This document shows positions 62,418-64,000 of a DNA stretch of 64,000 nt, in pieces. The notes under the pieces are model-generated. The model searched no databases, was not told where the DNA came from, and saw only the letters and a list, made by a program, of their open reading frames with translations. The DNA is from Macrostomum hystrix. Lineage: Eukaryota > Animalia > Platyhelminthes. The stretch spans positions 7,564,001 to 7,628,000 of the forward strand of contig CATNEN010000003.1 of assembly GCA_950097015.1 (NCBI GenBank). Direction: 5' to 3'. The position numbers and the translations under genes were made by a program. Positions within the stretch are counted from its first letter, which is position 1; every line of letters starts with the position of its first letter.

Positions 62418-62887
62418 ACACCGAATCACAAACCTTCCTCACACCGAATCACAAACCTTCCTCACACCGAATCACCAACCTTCCTCACACCGAATCACCA
62501 ACCTTCCTCACACCGAATCACCAACCTTCCTCACACCGAATCACCAACCTTCCTCACACCGAATCACCAACCTTCCTCACACCGAATCACCAACCTTCCT
62601 CACACCGAATCACAAACCTACCTGACACCGAATCACCAACCTTCCTCACACCGAATCACCAACCTTCCTCACACCGAATCACAAACCTTCCTCACACTGA
62701 ATCACCAACCTTCCTCACACTGAATCACACACCTACCTGACACCGAATCACAAACCTTCCTCACACCGAATCACAAACCTTCCTCACACCGAATCACCAA
62801 CCTTCCTCACACCGAATCACAAACCTTCCTCACACCGAATCACCAACCTTCCTCACACCGAATCACCAACCTTCCTCACACCGAATT
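62418..62887. repeat. 23-bp minisatellite (CACACCGAATCACCAACCTTCCT)
   Basis: Directly visible tandem units. Confidence 0.95.
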
Positions 62888-62915
62888 ACCACAAAATTCG
62901 CAATAACTTTTACAG

Positions 62916-63120
62916 GTGTGACGTCATTATCTTCCATCTGGAGTACATTCATAATCAACAGGTTTCAACTCTGCATGTACTGGACAGGTATTCCTAACGT
63001 CACAACAAATCCAATAAGTTTTACCTGTAAATCTCCGATTGCTGGTCGTTTCCTGAGTGTTTTCAAAAGGAATCAAGACCTAGATGGTGGCAAACTTTTG
63101 TGAGATCGAAATTTTCGCTG
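62916..63120 (+). pseudogene. Inverted F-type lectin remnant (copy H): frameshifted exon-3 homologue
   Basis: tacag|GVTSLSSIWSTF...LCMYWTGIP...NPISFTCKSPIAGRFLSVFK, then a frameshift to FCEIEIFAG|gtaag. Length is 205 nt versus 213-216 nt in the intact paralogues. Confidence 0.75.
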
Positions 63121-63608
63121 GTAAGATCGAAGTGTTGGTTTGAACTTCATAAAATAAATATTTATTTTATTTCATAAATATTCATTTCCTTAGATTCGTT
63201 AAACTCTAGTTCCATTTCACATTCTGTTAGTCTTTAACGTTATTTATTAGTTTCGCTGGTTAAACTACTATAAGTAATATATAATTAGCACTGCAGATGA
63301 TTCCCTGTTCAGTACTGGACAACTACCGGCACTCCGATCGCACCTGGATAAAGCGTGCCTCGCCCATTGTAACCTCGGAACCAATAAGCCCGCTGACAAA
63401 GGCGCCCCTTAGAGCAGTATCGTTCAAATATGATTGCTAGAATCGTAGTCAGAATCGCAAAAATAATGGTAGCTAGATCCAAGCCAAAATTACAGCAAGT
63501 TAAAGCTAGGGTCATTGCCAGAATCGTAGCTATAATCGTAGCAAGAATTCTTAGAGAGGAATAATTAAGTAAGAGAATGTCAATCACCTTGAAGAATCAA
63601 TTTCAATT

Positions 63609-63970
63609 GGGGTTTGAGCGGCAGAACGGTTAACGTGTTTGCCTCTGGCACCAAGGTCCCTGAGCTCGATTCCGCGGTGAGACCACATTCATTTGGGGGC
63701 GCAGCCGCGGAGAGAAGGCTTGGGGGCTTGTCGTGCAATTTACGCCCTTGAGTGCCAACCTCCAAGGCATGTACTCAGCCTGACGATGAGAAAGTCAGGG
63801 CAGATGTACACACCTGTGTGCGCGTGTGCCTGCGTACGGTATTTGTGTGCGTGTGTGCTCAGGAGTCAGCGAAATGAAAATGAAGTGAATCAATAAAATT
63901 GCCTCCGTATTGGCTGCGGGTCTATTGTCACAAATTGATGTGCCAATGCCCGCAGCCCTCCTGCAATTAT
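63609..63970 (+). mobile_element. SINE family A, full-length copy
   Basis: Head gggtttgagcggcagaacggttaacg through the 3' end gccctcctgcaattat. Confidence 0.85.
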
Positions 63971-64000
63971 TTTTATTAGCACTCCTAATTAGACCATTAA

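Noticed and set aside
63309-63587. Hydrophobic minus-strand ORF (ILATIIAT...)
   Set aside because: Arises from degenerate low-complexity repeats; no family signal recognised.

Overview
Eukaryotic (metazoan) genomic DNA with GT-AG introns, many tRNA-derived SINEs and long intronic minisatellites. The style suggests a free-living flatworm such as Macrostomum, which is an inference only. The left part (1-24 kb) holds housekeeping genes: the 3' end of an SLC22/MFS transporter (+), a 6-exon stomatin (-), a 12-exon TTLL6/TTLL13-type tubulin polyglutamylase (-) and, head-to-head with it, a 2-exon CKS1 (+). The right part (28-63 kb) holds a tandem array of seven 4-exon genes (-) for small, apparently secreted proteins (signal peptide + F-type lectin domain + PAN/apple domain), plus an inverted eighth remnant. 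Among the youngest copies the PAN exon is almost identical, while the exon with the sugar-binding loops differs in a non-synonymous, patchwork way. One copy is a recent pseudogene. This looks like a diversifying glycan-recognition system. Also present are three SINE families (one with a MIR-type CORE domain), nested retroposon and MITE insertions with visible target-site duplications (TSDs), RTE-like, Penelope-like and Tc1-like remnants, and about 13 minisatellite arrays. Exon boundaries were read by hand from splice signals and reading frame, without transcript evidence.
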